Shown piece by piece: positions 30,401 through 32,000 of a DNA stretch of 32,000 bases. Location: contig NZ_CP021983.2 in the NCBI RefSeq assembly GCF_002075285.3, positions 300,001 through 332,000 on the forward strand. The letters run 5' to 3'. Position 1 is the first letter of the stretch, and every line of letters starts with the position of its first letter. Source of the stretch: Halomicronema hongdechloris C2206. Lineage in GTDB: Bacteria > Cyanobacteriota > Cyanobacteriia > Phormidesmidales > Phormidesmidaceae. A program made the position numbers and the translations under genes. The notes under the pieces are model-generated. The model was not told where the DNA came from and did not search any database. It saw nothing but the letters and a program-made list of their open reading frames with translations.

Positions 30401-31990
30401 ATGCGAGATCTCTTTGCCCGGGAAGCCTTAGCTCACATTCCTAAGCTCCTCACCCTTCAGGACCGCAATCCCCACAGTCCTACCTATGGCTGCTTCGATC
30501 GCAATTTCTGGCAGTACAAGATCATCGATTTTCCCAGTGGCATGGCCCAGGAGTTTGTCTGGCCCTTGGCCCTGGCCTATGACACGGACTTAGCGGGGAA
30601 TGAGTTCTACCGGCAACCGCGGCTACGGGACTGGGTGGAGGCGGGGATCCGCTATGCGGCGTCTAGTGCCCATCGGGATGGCTCCTGTGATGATTATTTT
30701 CCCTTTGAGCGAGCCAGCGGCGCGGCGGCCTTCTCGTTGCTGGCCTGTTTGCAGAGCTATCGGTTGCTGGATCTCGATGATCCCAAGTTGCTGCGGTTCT
30801 TTGAGAAACGGGCTGACTGGCTAGCTCACCACCTGGAGAGCGGTCGCCTGACTAACCACCAGGCATTGATTGCGCTGTGTTTGGAGTTGGCGTCTCGGTT
30901 GCTGGGCACCGATAAATGGGCGGCTGCCATTCAGAACCGGTTGGAGCTGGTGTTTTCCTGGCAAAATCCGGAGGGATGGTTTCAGGAGTATGAGGGCTGT
31001 GATCCGGGCTATCACACCCTGACGCTGGGCTGTTTGGCCTGGCTCTATGATCTACGGCCCAGCTCCCGCCTCAAGGATGCGATCGCAAAGGGGGTCAACC
31101 TCACCGCCTACTTTGTCCATCCCGATGGTTCCTACGGCGGCGAATATACCAGCCGCAACACCTACAATTTCTTCCCCCATGGCTTTGAGCGCATCGGCCG
31201 CTGGTTTCCGCCAGCCCTCAGTATCAACGACTGCATCCTGGAAGGGCTGGCCCAGGGGAAAGGAGCCTGCTATGCCGATGACCATATCGTGGGGCACCAC
31301 AGCTGGAGTTATCTACTGGCTTGGCGCGACTTCGTGGCCGAGCGACCGCCACTGAAGCCGCCCTCGATGGGGCGCCTATGGCTGCCCGAGGCCCGTATCT
31401 TGATCGACCAGCGGGCCGATACCCGTCTCTACCTGGCCCTGAATAAGGGGGGCGCCTTTAAGGTCTTTCGTGACGAGCGGCTACTGCTCTCCGATACTCA
31501 ATTTTCCCTGGTGGTGCGTCAGGGCCGCAAGGTGAAAAACGCCGTCGGCCATCTGGTGGGTCCCTATCGCTATCACCTGGGCGAGGACGAGGTCGTGGTG
31601 GAAGGGTCCCTGGGCTGGGCCAAGCAGAAGCAGATGACGCCGCTGAATCTGATCATCCTACGATTGGTGATGCTGACGGTGGGTCGCTTCTTCCCCAACC
31701 TGATTCGCAAGCTGCTGCAGACCCTGCTGATTACTGGCAAGACGCCAGCACCGTTTCGCTTTCGCCGCCAGTTGCGCTGGCAGCAGGGGCGCTGGCAACT
31801 GCGGGACGAACTGCGGGCTGATTCCTGGAGTCAGGTGATGGCCGTTGGCATCGGCCCCGACCAGACCTCTATCTATGTGGTCATGAGTCGCACCTTTCAA
31901 ACCGGACAGTTGCACCCCTGGCTGGATCTGACCCCCCAGGTACGGCAGTTGTCGCCTGGAGAGCCCCTGATCGTGGAGCGTACCCTATGA
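30401..31990 (+). CDS. hypothetical protein (529 aa), possibly an alpha/alpha-toroid fold
   Basis: Long ORF 27 nt downstream of the GT2 gene. It has recurring D/EG-aromatic motifs (HRDGSCDDYF, QNPEGWFQEY, HPDGSYGGEY) like those of toroid-repeat enzymes. No family is recognised with confidence. Confidence 0.72.
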   Translation: MRDLFAREALAHIPKLLTLQDRNPHSPTYGCFDRNFWQYKIIDFPSGMAQEFVWPLALAYDTDLAGNEFYRQPRLRDWVEAGIRYAASSAHRDGSCDDYFPFERASGAAAFSLLACLQSYRLLDLDDPKLLRFFEKRADWLAHHLESGRLTNHQALIALCLELASRLLGTDKWAAAIQNRLELVFSWQNPEGWFQEYEGCDPGYHTLTLGCLAWLYDLRPSSRLKDAIAKGVNLTAYFVHPDGSYGGEYTSRNTYNFFPHGFERIGRWFPPALSINDCILEGLAQGKGACYADDHIVGHHSWSYLLAWRDFVAERPPLKPPSMGRLWLPEARILIDQRADTRLYLALNKGGAFKVFRDERLLLSDTQFSLVVRQGRKVKNAVGHLVGPYRYHLGEDEVVVEGSLGWAKQKQMTPLNLIILRLVMLTVGRFFPNLIRKLLQTLLITGKTPAPFRFRRQLRWQQGRWQLRDELRADSWSQVMAVGIGPDQTSIYVVMSRTFQTGQLHPWLDLTPQVRQLSPGEPLIVERTL

Positions 31991-32000
31991 AACGATTCGT
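31987..32000 (+). CDS. 5' end of a downstream ORF (truncated by the window edge)
   Basis: The ATG at 31987 overlaps the preceding TGA (ATGA), the classic translational-coupling arrangement. Only 4 codons (MKRF) are visible. Confidence 0.3.

Overview
GC-rich chromosomal segment that looks cyanobacterial. The HIP1 octamer GCGATCGC occurs at least 14 times, and the gene content fits: ppk1, clpS, a CmpR/CbbR-type LysR regulator, an archaeal-type CobT homologue and a fused TIGR03960/TIGR03936-like radical SAM protein. I support about 25 protein-coding genes on both strands. I found no rRNA, tRNA, CRISPR array, transposase or integrase. Most of the window is ordinary core-genome content. Four things deserve a second look. 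(1) Two diverged, inverted copies of a 375-530 nt hairpin-rich non-coding element fill the intergenic regions at 23885-24417 and 27819-28193 and bracket a speA-lysR block; their hairpin stems differ in sequence but keep pairing. (2) The last ~230 nt of speA carry about nine mutually compensating single-base indels, so the ORF stays open while the conserved C-terminal motifs are spread over three frames. (3) A ~1720-aa protein combines an N-terminal coiled coil, an ~800-aa extremely acidic low-complexity region and a C-terminal Hsp70/actin-fold ATPase domain. (4) A tightly coupled cluster at the 3' edge starts with a polyprenyl-phosphate-type GT2 and an uncharacterised 529-aa protein. All functional calls come from motif recognition by eye, since no database search was possible.
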